In this document: positions 12,198 to 25,390 of the stretch, one piece after another | How positions within the stretch are numbered: the first letter of the stretch is position 1 | How the letters are laid out: each line of letters starts with the position of its first letter | Assembly: GCF_964355755.1 (NCBI RefSeq) | Contig: NC_092677.1 | Location: 1,634,101-1,698,100, forward strand | Source: Antedon mediterranea | Lineage: Eukaryota; Animalia; Echinodermata | Length of the DNA stretch: 64,000 nucleotides | Direction of reading: 5' to 3' | Translations under genes and position numbers: made by a program | Notes under the pieces: generated by a model | What the model was told of the DNA's origin: nothing | What the model saw: only the letters and a program-made list of their open reading frames with translations | The model's database searches: none

Positions 12198-13563
12198 AGG
12201 AGTCATTACCCGTGAGATTTGATTTACATAAAACATTTTTATGAGATTTTGTTTGTGTTTGTTGTTTATTTATATTAATAATTGTTTTAATGTATTACAT
12301 TTCTCACTAATTCTTTTTTAATTTATGATTTTTGTAAAAAAACTTACGTTTTCTGTCTGGCAATATATCCAGAGACAAACTAATAAGTCAATCCGATAGA
12401 TTTGTCAACAGGTTCAAATCTAAATAATATATCCATAGAAAAGTGATCCAAACAGAATAAATCAATGGAAAATTTTGTAGAACACGCCTCAATGCAAAAA
12501 CAAAACTCATTATTGTCGATAAACACAAATCTATAGCCACACAAAACTGGTTAATACATCCAAGAAAATCGTGGAATCTTGATCTCTTGTGTTTCAATTC
12601 CCATAGGCCTAGTATTAATCTTATATACTAAACAAGACGAAACAAACTACCGTATTGCTCTTTTTTACTACTACAGTACTTAGAAGAACAAAGTAAACCA
12701 AGCTCCTGTGGTGGACACCTGTTTATGAAAATTAGCGTAGTAATTCTATACTATACGGTATATATTCTGGCGTGTTCTGTAGATATTTTCTCAATGTGAT
12801 TCATTACACTCTTAATAATAAAATATTATAAAAATCTAACAATATAAAATATTTTGTTCAAAGTTATTTATTTGTTGGTGCTTCTTTTTTTTTTTTTAAT
12901 ATGGTTTTAAAAAATGTCGTCTCAAACTGTGGGATAGATTAATATTATAATTTGTAGTGTGTCGGACGGCGCCCCGTATCACAAAAGTATCTACACGTCA
13001 CAGAGACTAACTTAAACAAGAAATATTTCTTACAAAAAACGCCGCGTAACTTTTTGACTGGACAGTTGTAAGAACAGTCTTCATTAATCTAATATAATAG
13101 GTCGGCCAATCAAAACGCAAGTGAACAATTGGGACTTTACTAATTGTGATTTATGTCATTGGCCTGTCAGCACAGTCGTTTCTTTCTAGAATTAAACGCA
13201 CAAACTTGTATTGGGAATAATGTATGTGGTTATTACTATCGCATTTAGGTATTGATAATAATAATAATATGGCTTTTGAATATATAATTACTGTCTGTAG
13301 AATAACATTTATACATTTTCGGTTCGCGATGAAAAGTTATATGAATGGATTTGTAATAGGTATTTATAATAATAGTATATGGGTTGTATTATTGCTAAGC
13401 TATCACCAAATCGCGTTATAACATTATTTCTCAGGGTTTTTTGCACCATTGATCAATACCAAACGCGTATCGGTATTATAGTTTTTAATGAATCATCACA
13501 TTAATAAAAATACCCAATTAAATCAATCGCGTCAGTCCAATTCCGACTTATGTTTCGATCACA

Positions 13564-13720
13564 TAGTTCTCTGTCTACACTGTCCCAACTAGTTTAACAA
13601 AAAAAGTGTGATGTGCCCAAATATGGTAGTGATATGCCCGAATATCGTAGTGATATAACATCGTCATATCTATATAATATGGGCACATCATATTTAGTTT
13701 GATAGTATAGACAGAGCTTA
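13564..13720. mobile_element. Short MITE family (TIR agctctgtctacactatcaaa-like)
   Basis: tctctgtctacact...agtatagacagagct termini. The internal aaaagtgtgatgtgcccaaatatgg is shared with 21145-21328 and 21720-21856. Confidence 0.65.
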
Positions 13721-13744
13721 AGGATTATATTTAAAAAATGTTTT

Positions 13745-14010
13745 CTTACATTTTGAACGGAAGTATTTATTTGTTTATAAGCCCAATTTTCCAGTCTTAA
13801 TTTTACGTTTTGAAAAAAAGTATTTATTTGTTTATAAGCCCAATTTTCCAGTCTTAATTTTACATTTTGAAAAAAAAAGTATTTTATTTGTTGATAAGCC
13901 CAATTGTATTTTGAACGAAAGTATTTATTTGTTGATAAGCCCAATTTTGCATTCTTATTTTACATTTTAAATGAAAGTATTTATTTGTTGATAAGCCGAA
14001 TTTTCCAGTT
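13745..14010. repeat. Degenerate ~55-bp tandem repeat, with dispersed units to ~14810
   Basis: Repeated ttttgaa..aagtatttatttgtttataagcccaattttccagtcttaat. Confidence 0.7.
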
Positions 14011-15106
14011 TAATAATAATGACCCCTTCCACAGTGCTTATACCATATACATTTTACATGATATTGACCGTGGGTTCTTTACGCCTCTGATGCATTTGTT
14101 TTTATTGTACCTTTTTAATAAATTATTATATGTTTAGGCCTAATCACACCCAATTTAATGAAACGGTCAGATTCCGATTTCAATTGAACGAAAGTAGTAC
14201 TGTATTTATTATTCATTGATAAGCCAAGGGTCCCATGGCGTTAGCTGATATCTTGAGCATTTGACTCTTGTGTGAACCTGTAACACAAATCATTCTTCAA
14301 AATCTAAAGAAAGAACCTCACACGTCTTTTTTGTGATACACTATGGATATGCCCACGGAAATAATATGTGGACATTGCAAACAATCATAGGTCTACAGTA
14401 ACAAACATAGAATGGCTAATAAGCATAACATTCAGACTTGCTTGTTTTCTAGTGGATTTTTATTTACTTTAGCATGTAGAATAAAACTATTAACAGTGGC
14501 TATATTAATAATTATACTGATTATCCTTGATGTTATCGCGTCTAATAATAAAATATTTTGTTGTTGATAAGCCCAATTTTTCAGCCTTGATTTTACATAT
14601 TGAATGATATTGACCGAGGGTTTTTACGCCTCTATAGCCACTGATCAATACCATAATTAATGTACTTTTTTAAATGAATATTGAAATGTTTCAACATACC
14701 CAATTAAAAAAAACGGTCTGTTTTCGAGTTCATTCTTTTGATTAGAGAGGTTGGAGTTTCATTTTGAACGAAAGTATTTATTTGATTGATAAGCCAAATT
14801 TCTAGTCCTAATGATTTGAGATTCAACGGGTTTTGCTTTCAATTGTATAATAATATAATTATATATATATATATATATATATAAATATAATATTAAGTAT
14901 AATTATGAATTCACCAACACTTTCAGGCCCGGGCCCGAGTTTGTGTAGACCAGACTTCCATGCACAGCCACATGTTAAGGAATATGAATCTCTTTATGAT
15001 TTTAATATGGTTCGAAATGATATTACACAACAACAATTAGACAGCAACTGTGCAAGAGTCCAACTAATAAAATCGGAATGATCAATTAATTGAACATTTA
15101 CAGCAT

Positions 15107-15469
15107 AAGGCCCATACACTAGGACAATAACGATCGACGATAAATAGACAAATGTGCATTTTTAATACATAAACCAAAAGAAATATAAACAATTCCTTTG
15201 ATGAAAATTATATTTTCACACGTCCAATCAAATGACGTCATGATTAGTAAGACCAATAATATCGTGACAATACAGCGATTTTATTGTTTTTATTTATCAT
15301 GACGTCATTTGATTGGAATTTGAAAAACATTATTTTTATCAAAGACAGCATAAATGATTATCCTATAGGTCTAGAACGAAAACCTTTCTAATTTCTTTTG
15401 GTTTATGTAAAAGAAATGCATGCTTATATATTATCGTCCGTCGTTATCGTCATAGTGTAATTGGGCCTT
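15107..15469. mobile_element. Palindromic MITE (PIF/Harbinger-like ends)
   Basis: aaggcccatacactaggacaataacga at the left, tcgttatcgtcatagtgtaattgggcctt at the right; internal inverted caatcaaatgacgtcatgat / atcatgacgtcatttgattg. Confidence 0.65.
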
Positions 15470-18277
15470 TATACAAAAAAAAAATAAATTGATTACGAAG
15501 TTACATGCCATTTTCACCTATCACCAAAAAACTAACCTTTTCAACACTAATTAATTGTTACGAAGCCAATTTATATTATATATTTCATTAAAACTGAACT
15601 TTACGGTAAATGAAGAGTAAGTATCAGTTAATATGAATAATATAACTAGTAGGTCTATGAACTTGCGTCCAGACACAGAACTGTAACATTACTATCATAA
15701 ATGTTGAAACCACTTATAAAACCTTTTTTTAAAGAAAATATAATTGTGCTAGGAGAAGGCTAATAAACAAATAGATAATGTACAAACCTTTTTCTGGATT
15801 AATTAATGGAGCAGGCGTTCCTAATAATCTGCTGCTGCTACCTAGACTGATTGTTCACCTTCTGACGATAATTGATTGGACCTACCCCCCCCCCCCCCCA
15901 CGGCATCTGATAACCAAAAAAAAATTTACCAGGACTGTTTCAATGATTTAATATCTGACGGCGTATTATTATAACATTGGCCTAGATTGACAGTCATAAA
16001 AAAGAAAGTCATTGTAAATACTTCCCTTTATGTTGACAGAGCCAAAATAAAGTTTTGACCATTATCGAATGATTATTTGACAGTGACTTATTATAATACC
16101 GGCCTGGTTGACAGCAAAAACGAAGTTATTATTTATTAAACAAGATTTTACAGATTTCCGTCTACATCTCAATAATACTGTATTATCAGCAAAGGCTTTC
16201 ATGTAGACTCTCTTCTCCCAGACGTTTTTTGGGTCCAGCAGCTACCTATAAATTATAGTCGAGTTTCCAAATTCACAAAACTGTCAGCCTTAGATACTAA
16301 AGCTACCGCTATGAAACAGCTTATTAATGAATGTGTCCTCCTGGGACATAGCTGGCTAGAGCCGCGGCGCGAAAATTATAGTATATTATATTCAGAAGGT
16401 TCTAATATTATGTTATTATACATTTGATAGGTCTATTTGGAAATAGCAGCATTTCGTTAAAAGAACTATTGTCACGGTGACCTGATTTTGTAAATACGAC
16501 TTGAGATAGAAGAGGTGAGGGCGTTTCAACAAATGAATTGTTGATTTACTATAAAAGAAACAACACTATAATATTGAGAAAGTTTGAAAGTTGACGTCAA
16601 CGTGAACGTATTGAAGATGACGGTCTTTATAATGTTGATGATAAATCTGTCAACTCATTTATTGTAGTATAACAACGTAGGCCTATTGTACGTATATGTG
16701 TTCTGTGAATGGATTGACTAATTTTAATAGAATACACAATAAGAGATACAGTACATATTTTAAACATAACTAGACAATTTTGGTTATCAATTTATTTTGT
16801 GCAATTAAAAACATTTTTCAGCCTTGAATAAATACAACATGCAAATACACACCGATATAAAAATACTGTACAAAATCTATTCATACTAAAAACATTTCAA
16901 ATATAGTTTTTGCAATTGTAAAATACAGATTTCAATATAAACTTTCGAACAATTAAAAGCCGTTGTACGATATTGGAATGAGTTGGTGTGCCCAGTTAGC
17001 AAGGCTCAAGGTAATAATTGACGATATTGAAGCCTCGTGTACACAAATTCCTCTGGTAGCAAAGAATATAAAGCGCTATATAATCTTTGTGGTACTGTTA
17101 GCCTACTGGTTTGACCGCGTAATGGTGTTTACTGACGCGTACGGTGACGCTCTGTAAAAACCAAGCGTCATACGCAGGTTAGTCGTCATCATCGACTCCT
17201 CGGTGACTGGATGTCACTTTTATATATGTAAGAATATGAAATGTTTAATATTTATCCTAAATAATGTACGCTGTAATGTATGCTGTCTAGCAGATGTGAC
17301 GTGTCTACCTGTAATTCTAATTTTCTTAGTTCAGTTTTTCTAATTGTAATAAAGACTACATACGTAAAATACAGTTACCAAACAGTATTTGTATAGAATT
17401 ACAAGCTAACAAAAAGTACACATAAAATCGAGAATATTTGGTGCGTAACTAACTTATAATAAACTAGAAAAAAACTTACTGCAAATAAACCTACAAATAA
17501 CAATTATTATATTTTTTATGCATATTTACAATTATTTAAAAATGTAATGGAACATATTTCTGAATTCCATATTATGATGATGCATACTTAGTGTAAACAT
17601 GAGGTATATTGCTTATCTTTAAATTTACTACAAACTATTGTTAGCTTTGTTAATTGCATTATCAGTTTTTTTTTCTATATCTGAAACTTGTATTTAAAAA
17701 TGTAAATAAATATAATTGTATTCTTTACTAAAAGAGCTTTAAAGTAACAAAATAAATGCAATATATGATGAATTTTATGAAGTAATATGGCTACGATAAC
17801 TGAGATACCAAAGAGTATGGCAAGCACCTTGTATAAGAATATAAAAATATGCTATGGGCTTAAAAAAATAGATGTATAAATAGACGTAACTTGATATAGC
17901 CTGTCACAAGACAAGCACATGATGTACTAGAACCGCTTCATGAACAATAATAAAATAAAACCTCGTTTCTGTGTGGCAAACCTGAAAAAATATAATTATT
18001 TGCTAAATATATTTCTAAATAACTAAACCCTGCTTGTGGTTGTCACATGTTACACAGTATCAATTCAGCTAGGTAAACCTTTTAGTCACATGACAACCTT
18101 AATTACCAACTGCTACAAATAAACAATACATCATTTAAAAAGACATCATGAATGTAATGTTACACTGTAATTGCATACCAAATGCATTATGTGTCAACTA
18201 AGTAAAATAAGGAATTTGGTTGGTTGACTCAATTATTCTAATTTACATAAGGAAAGGAGATATTTGATTGGTAGTTC

Positions 18278-21200
18278 TCATATCATAACACCAACAGATT
18301 TGCCACCATCTTGCTTAAACTTGGCATCTTCTCTGGCATCAAACAACATTTCCTGTTAAAAAAAACATTTAGAATGTTAGTAAAGGTATTATTTAACCTA
18401 TAATAGATAACACATTTATTGGAACTACGCCTTCACATTGGTGGCATAAAAAGCATACAAAACCTATTCATTAAAAATGCACAGCAAATAAAGCTGGAAA
18501 GTCATACTACTATTACAAACTTTAAAAGATGAATTGTAAAATGATGGAGAAAAATATAAGTAAAAATGATATTGAATATAAATATGTTAACTTACATTAC
18601 TTTTCTGAAGATCTTTACTAATACCCAAACCTGATTTCTCATCACCGGTTTTCAAAGGTTGACGGGTTGCCTTACCACTCACCTCCACATCAGCAGGATG
18701 GCCAGTATAAGCAAGACTGTAAGATATATACATATCAAACTGAATTATACGATTCTTTTTGATTTTCTTATGTGTTTCTTTTTCTAAACTGCAATGGTTA
18801 TCAAATTTATTATATTATGTGAGGGCGTGTGGCGCAGTGGATTTCTGATCATGAGGTCGTGGTTCGGATCCAACTCTCGCTGCATTGCTTGTATCCTTAG
18901 GCAAGACACTTTACTTACAATTGCATCTCTCTACCCAGATGTATAAAATACCGGGTAGAAAAAGGCACAACTTTGCGCTGATTACTAGCTGCATTATTAT
19001 GGGAGTATGTTTCCATACATGGTTGACCCAAACATGACCTGGGTATTAACGTGCAGTGCATTGAAAGCTTGCTTATATGGGCTATATAAGAATCAACTAT
19101 TATTATTATTATAACCAGATAGTAAAAAGATAAATAAAACACAATTAGGCATTTTATACTTACTTTCCTGGTACCTTTTCCTTTCCTGTAATTTAAAAAA
19201 TGAAATAGCCAAAGTTAACAACCACAATACTGTGGTCTGTAGCATTGATGTGTAGAAGTGTTTTTAACATAGCTTTATGGAAAGTACTGAGGAGTTCAAC
19301 TCAAATAGGCTTCATCATACCTTACTTTTACTAATTTACCAATAACAATTAAAAGTGTTCAAAATTAAAGAGGGTTTTTAAGGAAGGAAAGCATACGATT
19401 GGCGTTTAACAATATTTAGTAAATTGGTTCCCAATTTTATAATTGAATGCACAGGCATGTGTTGTGTGTGATGCACAGGCATGTGTTGTGTGTGATGCAC
19501 AGGCATGTGTTGTGTGTGATGCACAGGCATGTGTTGTGTGTGATGCACAGGCATGTGTTGTGTGTGATGCACAGGCATGTGTTGTGTGTGATGCACAGGC
19601 ATGTGTTGTGTGTGATGCACAGGCATGTGTTGTGTGTGATGCACAGGCATGTGTTGTGTGTGATGCACAGGCATGTGTTGTGTGTGATGCACAGGCATAT
19701 GTTGTGTGTGATGCACAGGCATGTGTTGTGTGTGATGCACAGGCATGTGTTGTGTGTGATGCACAGGCATGTGTTGTGTGTGATGCACAGGCATGTGTTG
19801 TGTGTGATGCACAGGCATGTGTTGTGTGTGATGCACAGGCATGTGTTGTGTGTGATGCACAGGCATGTGTTGTGTGTGATGCACAGGCATGTGTTGTGTG
19901 TGATGCACAGGCATGTGTTGTGTGTGATGCACAGGCATGTGTTGTGTGTGATGCACAGGCATGTGTTGTGTGTGATGCACAGGCATGTGTTGTGTGTGAT
20001 GCACAGGCATATGTTGTGTGTGATGCACAGGCATGTGTTGTGTGTGATGCACAGGCATGTGTTGTGTGTGATGCACAGGCATGTGTTGTGTGTGATGCAC
20101 AGGCATGTGTTGTGTGTGATGCACAGGCATGTGTTGTGTGTGATGCACAGGCATGTGTTGTGTGTGATGCACAGGCATGTGTTGTGTGTGATGCACAGGC
20201 ATGTGTTGTGTGTGATGCACAGGCATGTGTTGTGTGTGATGCACAGGCATGTGTTGTGTGTGATGCACAGGCATGTGTTGTGTGTGATGCACAGGCATGT
20301 GTTGTGTGTGATGCACAGGCATATGTTGTGTGTGATGCACAGGCATGTGTTGTGTGTGATGCACAGGCATGTGTTGTGTGTGATGCACAGGCATGTGTTG
20401 TGTGTGATGCACAGGCATGTGTTGTGTGTGATGCACAGGCATGTGTTGTGTGTGATGCACAGGCATGTGTTGTGTGTGATGCACAGGCATGTGTTGTGTG
20501 TGATGCACAGGCATGTGTTGTGTGTGTGTTACCCTCCGTGTTTTATAGTGTGTAGTATAGCTTTCAATATGTATATATATTTATGTTGCTTTTCTTTTGT
20601 TTCCTTTCATTATTTTGCTCAATTGTTACATTGTTTTGTTTTGGATGCACCACTAACAACAGTGTGTGTCACTGATAGAAAAGTGATGACCAATAAATAA
20701 ATACCAATAAAATGATACTGGTACCAATAAACGTTGTACTTTATTCATTGATCCAAGCATTTATATTCCTCTGCATCTAATTACTGGCTATAAAACATAT
20801 TAATTAACTTACTTTTCCTGCAGTACAGCACAGCTACAACAATTACAACAATAACTACAATGACAGCAATGATCACTCCTGCAATCAGACCACCATTCGA
20901 TCCTTTTTCTAAATTAAAAAAAAGATCATAATTCATGTTTGTATTGTATTCTATCAATAAAGACGTTGTAATTAAAAGATAATGATCTAATAAATTATGT
21001 ATTTACAGCAGATGCTGTAATGGTATTACAAAATTAAAAGACTGAAACAGTTCTTGGGAAGAAAAACAGAAAATATAACGGAAATGTCTTTTGAGTGCTA
21101 CAATGGCTACACTAAGTCCCATGTATAAAGATAACCATGCAGAGAGTAAAGTTCTGTCTACATTATCAAATCTTATGTGACAAAAAAGTGTGATGTGCCC

Positions 21201-24200
21201 AAATATAGTAATATGTGCCCAAATATAGTAATATATGCCCAAATATGGTGAGGTTGAAATCATCATGTCCATATATGGGCACATCACATTTTTATGTCAC
21301 ATAAAGTTTGATAGTGTAGAAAGAGCTGTATAATAATAATAATAAAATATATAACATTGAAATATTTTTGTTGTTGCTTGATTGTCATCTTAAAAAAGAA
21401 CAACTTTCTCCACTTCTTATACCAGTGCTTCCTTTAATGTTAGTCCTATTTAAGTCTGCTGACCTGAGAATGACCTACCATGTGCATTTCCTCACCTTTA
21501 CACTCTTTTCAATTATATTTTATTACTCTAGTTGAATTTAAATTTGCAACACAACAACTGGCAAGTTGATCCAAGCAAAATGCTATCAATTTAAAATATC
21601 TATTTTATTTTTAAACCTTTCAAAATGTCCTGAAATGATCATATAAAAAGAAAAAGGTTTTTCACCAATAGGTTCCTATAGGATCCTATTGCCAAATAGC
21701 CTATAGGGCCATTTTTCTTAAGCTCTGTCTACACTATAAAACTAATTTGACAACAAAAGTGTGATGTGCCCAAATATGGTAGTATATACCAAAATATGGT
21801 AGAGGTATGACATCATCATGTCCATATAATTATGGGCATATCACATTTTTTTGTCACCATATTGCTAAAATGGCTCTAAATCGATTATCATTATTCACAT
21901 TTGATTATGGGTGTCAATGCATCTATTATTATTATATCAATATTTATTTATTATTACATCAATTTTTATAAAGCGTCAATTCAAAGACCGAGGTACAAAA
22001 TCAAAGGCGCTGGGCATGTTAGTGGTCGAAAAAAAATGAGTTTTGAGCAATTTTTTAAATAAGAGCAGTGTTTAATTTGTGGGGGGAGTGAATTCCAGAG
22101 TGTGGGTGCAGCAAAAGAAAACGATCTATGACCAAAGGTTTTAGTGGCTATGCGTGGAACAGAGAGTAAAAAATCATCAGATGATCTAAGATTCCGTCCA
22201 GGAGCATAAAGGGTGATTAATTGACGGATGTAAGCAGGTTGGTTGAAAAGAAGTGCTTTAAAAGTAAGGAGCAAGATTTTAAATTTGATTCGATTGTCAA
22301 TGGGGAGCCAGTGAAGTTCTCGAAGAACAGGTGAAATGAATGATAGAGGATGTGGAGCGTATCGAAAGAAAACGTTGAATGTGTGCAATATTGCGAAGAT
22401 AAAAGTTTACTGATTTAGTAATATAACTGATGTGTGCTTGCATGTTTAGAGATTCGTCAAGTTTTATACCAAGATTAGTAACTAATTGAGACGGATGTAT
22501 GAGTGATGAGCCAATAGTAATAAAATGGGGTGCTATTTTGGTACGAATATGATTAGTACAGAAAATGATGTATTCAGATTTATTATCATTTAATTTGAGG
22601 AGCCAGGTATGGATGTCTTTAAGGCAATTCTCAAGGCGTTCAATAACAATAAGTAGATTATGTGGATCAAAAGGAATATACAACTGAATATCATCAGCGT
22701 AGAAATGATAAGAGATGTTGTGACGTTTGATAATTTGGGATAAAGGAGATATATCTAGTCTACATACCTTGTTTACATGTAACACCTTCAAAGCCTGAGG
22801 TACATTCACAACTAAAACCATTATCATTAATCTCACAAGTCCCTTGATTATTACAAGGACTTGAAGAACATGCATCTTGAAATAAAAACAAACATGCATA
22901 GCAATATTAACATTAAGTCATAACATTGCAAGGTTATTAAGGGCTTAAAAGTGCTTATTAACACCGTGGACCTAATTTATAGGTCCGTGTTAACACATAA
23001 CATGCAAAGCCTGGGTAAAGCAACAAAGAGAAGTTACTACATTGGAACAGGTATACTGTATCAAGAGTGTAAAATAATACTACTGAGCATTTATAGTACA
23101 ACAGTCTAGTTGAACAAGTGAAGAAGAGACTTAATTTGCATTAAGGGCAGAAACTTTGTTGAATTTTGACAAATATTAAATGTACCCAGAGATAAGAGAT
23201 TTTAATTAAAGTTAGGAGTATTTTATACTGTGAAAACAAAATATCAAACAGCACAGAATTGTCAACTCACACCATGTGCTGGGACAAGTTATTTGGTCTT
23301 TACTTATACTATTCATAGGTAGCATTTAAGACAATGACAAATTCTACTTTTTGGAGAGATAACTGTACAGGTACAATAACAATAACTAAATATTTTGTCT
23401 TCACAATATGACATGATTAGATTAACATAGAGGTCAACTTACCATCACAAGATTCAAAGGTTTCTGTAACAGAAGGATTGACGTTATTGTCTATAACACA
23501 TGTTACGACTGATGTTGTATCGCATGAAACGTCAGCAGACACGGAACCAGTACCGGATTCAAGATCAGATTGATCGAGTTGAATGGTGACTCTTGGTGTG
23601 GGATTCCCCTCTGCCTCACATGTTACTTTTCCTCCAATCCATTCCATAGTTGTTAATGATACATCTGTAATACAATATAACAAATCTGGTAAAAATCAAA
23701 TTCATACCAAAGCACATATTCAAGCAAAATAACCATGTACACCACAAATGTTATTCTTTTCAGATTTTATCTAAAAAAATGAAACAAATTTCTTACAATT
23801 TACTGTTAAATCTAGAAAGAGACTGCTGTATCTTCCTTCACTACCAGAATATGCAGAATTCTCGGCTCGACAGCGATAAGATCCTTCATCAGTGGACATG
23901 ACATTACTAATGGTCAAGTTCTGGTTGTATAAAGAACCACTAAATCTTTCACTGTTATCAATATCAATTATATTATCAAATTTAAACCAGGAAAAAGTGA
24001 TTTCAGTTGGTATTCCATCTGGCAAGGTACATTCAAGTGTGGCTGTACTGTCACTTAGTACGGACATAGAGGACTCTTTCACTGATGGAGGATCAAGATC
24101 TGATGAAGAACAAATATATAGCAAATTGTTAATTGGTCAGATGTTTGCATCTAGTAAGTAATTGTCTCCAAGACATCTGACACACTTACTTACAAGAGTG

Positions 24201-25390
24201 GATTAATATATAGGAGATATTCTCCAAATTCCTTTGTGTGTTTTAGAGGTTTAGTGCTCATTCTGATTTTTACAAATTGAATACAGACACTAATTTGAAA
24301 TGAATTACAAATCTGCAAACTAACATTTCCTAACAAAGGTGAGGGTGAGGTTAAGTGTCTACCTCAATTAACATTAGTGCTCACATACAAACAGCAAATA
24401 CTATATGCCTTAAAATGCAGTCTGTAATTTTAATATTAATTTATTAATAAACATTCCTCTTAATTATTATTTATAACTTAAGGATTAATTCAGTGGACAG
24501 ATCTTCTGAAGCACTAACAGATTGTATGTATGGGCGAGTTCATCTACATGAGATTTGTTTGGGCAACCTAGGCACAATGTAGACTGTATATATCTCGTAT
24601 ATGTCATTCAATTTTAATACATACATTGAACGGTAAGATTGGTAACCTTGTTCCTTATAATACCGCCAGCAAACACCACGTTACACTCATAGTACCCTGC
24701 ATCAGCCTTGACAACATCTGAAATCCTAAGATCACCTCTATTTGTACCACTTATTAGAGAATAACGGCTATTTGGTGATGAAGTAGTATCAGAACTAACA
24801 AGTGGATTTCCTTCTTTTTCCCCTTGTTCGTCGGTACGGTACCAACTGATTAAGGTCAGGGCTGGGGGTGGATTTGTGTAGCCGCATTCTATCGTAGCTG
24901 TTTCGCTTTCTTTGACAACAGCTGGTGTAACAGTTACTACTTGCATTAAAACATCTAGAAAAAAGTCAGGGAGTCACTTACAGTACAGACCAAAAATACA
25001 TGTTATTCTGATGGTTGCTAATGATCAGCTTTGGCTGGATGGGCCACCCTCATGAAATAAATAAAGTACAATTACTTAATATGTTTAATAATAATAATAG
25101 TAGTAATAATAGTAATAATGGTAAGTAATAATAGTTCAGGCGGCTAACCTATCCCCATATTGACATTTTTTAACTTTTAATTGTTTTTCTAACTGAAAGA
25201 TAATATTTTAAACCATTAAGTGAATGTGATAATACAGAAATAGAAAATACTGTACAAACACAATTAGGATGAGACAATTTGGTATAATGTGTAGCGGCAA
25301 TCAATAACAGAGTGAGTGAACACTTTAATACTTACTTGATGGAAACACCAAAACAAGCAACAATTTAATAAGACTTTTCATATTCTTCAT
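18278..25390 (-). CDS. Type I Ig-superfamily membrane protein: signal peptide, IgV, IgC2, short Ig, EGF, TM, cytoplasmic tail ending GVMI
   Basis: Exons: 25336-25390 ([18 protein letters not shown]), 24625-24954 (IgV; C..WYRTD..DAGYYEC), 23797-24099 (IgC2; DEGSYRC), 23443-23664 ([13 protein letters not shown]), 22768-22875 (6-Cys [29 protein letters not shown]), 20813-20908 ([26 protein letters not shown]), 19164-19185, 18596-18716, 18278-18352. Phases are consistent. Confidence 0.87.
18820..19112 (+). mobile_element. tRNA-derived SINE with CORE-like domain
   Basis: A-box-like gtggcgcagtgg, B-box-like ggttcggatcc, CORE-like tgtatccttaggcaagacacttt, and a (tat)n tail. Confidence 0.6.
19447..20527. 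repeat. 24-bp intronic minisatellite (gatgcacaggcatgtgttgtgtgt), ~45 copies
   Basis: Perfect tandem array. The long ORFs on both strands are translations of the repeat. Confidence 0.97.
21145..21328. mobile_element. MITE, same family as 13564-13720; another partial copy at 21720-21856
   Basis: gttctgtctacattatcaaa...tttgatagtgtagaaagagct termini. Confidence 0.6.
21950..22755 (-). mobile_element. 5'-truncated L2-clade LINE (end of reverse transcriptase ORF2), frameshifted
   Basis: [12 protein letters not shown] motif, [34 protein letters not shown]. Confidence 0.9.

Noticed and set aside
19378-20700. Three 370-417 aa ORFs (His/Cys-rich repeats)
   Set aside because: They are translations of a stop-free 24-bp minisatellite inside an intron, with no splice or domain support.
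22297-22899. 200-aa ORF as a host gene
   Set aside because: It is an out-of-frame EGF exon read through into an L2 reverse-transcriptase fragment.
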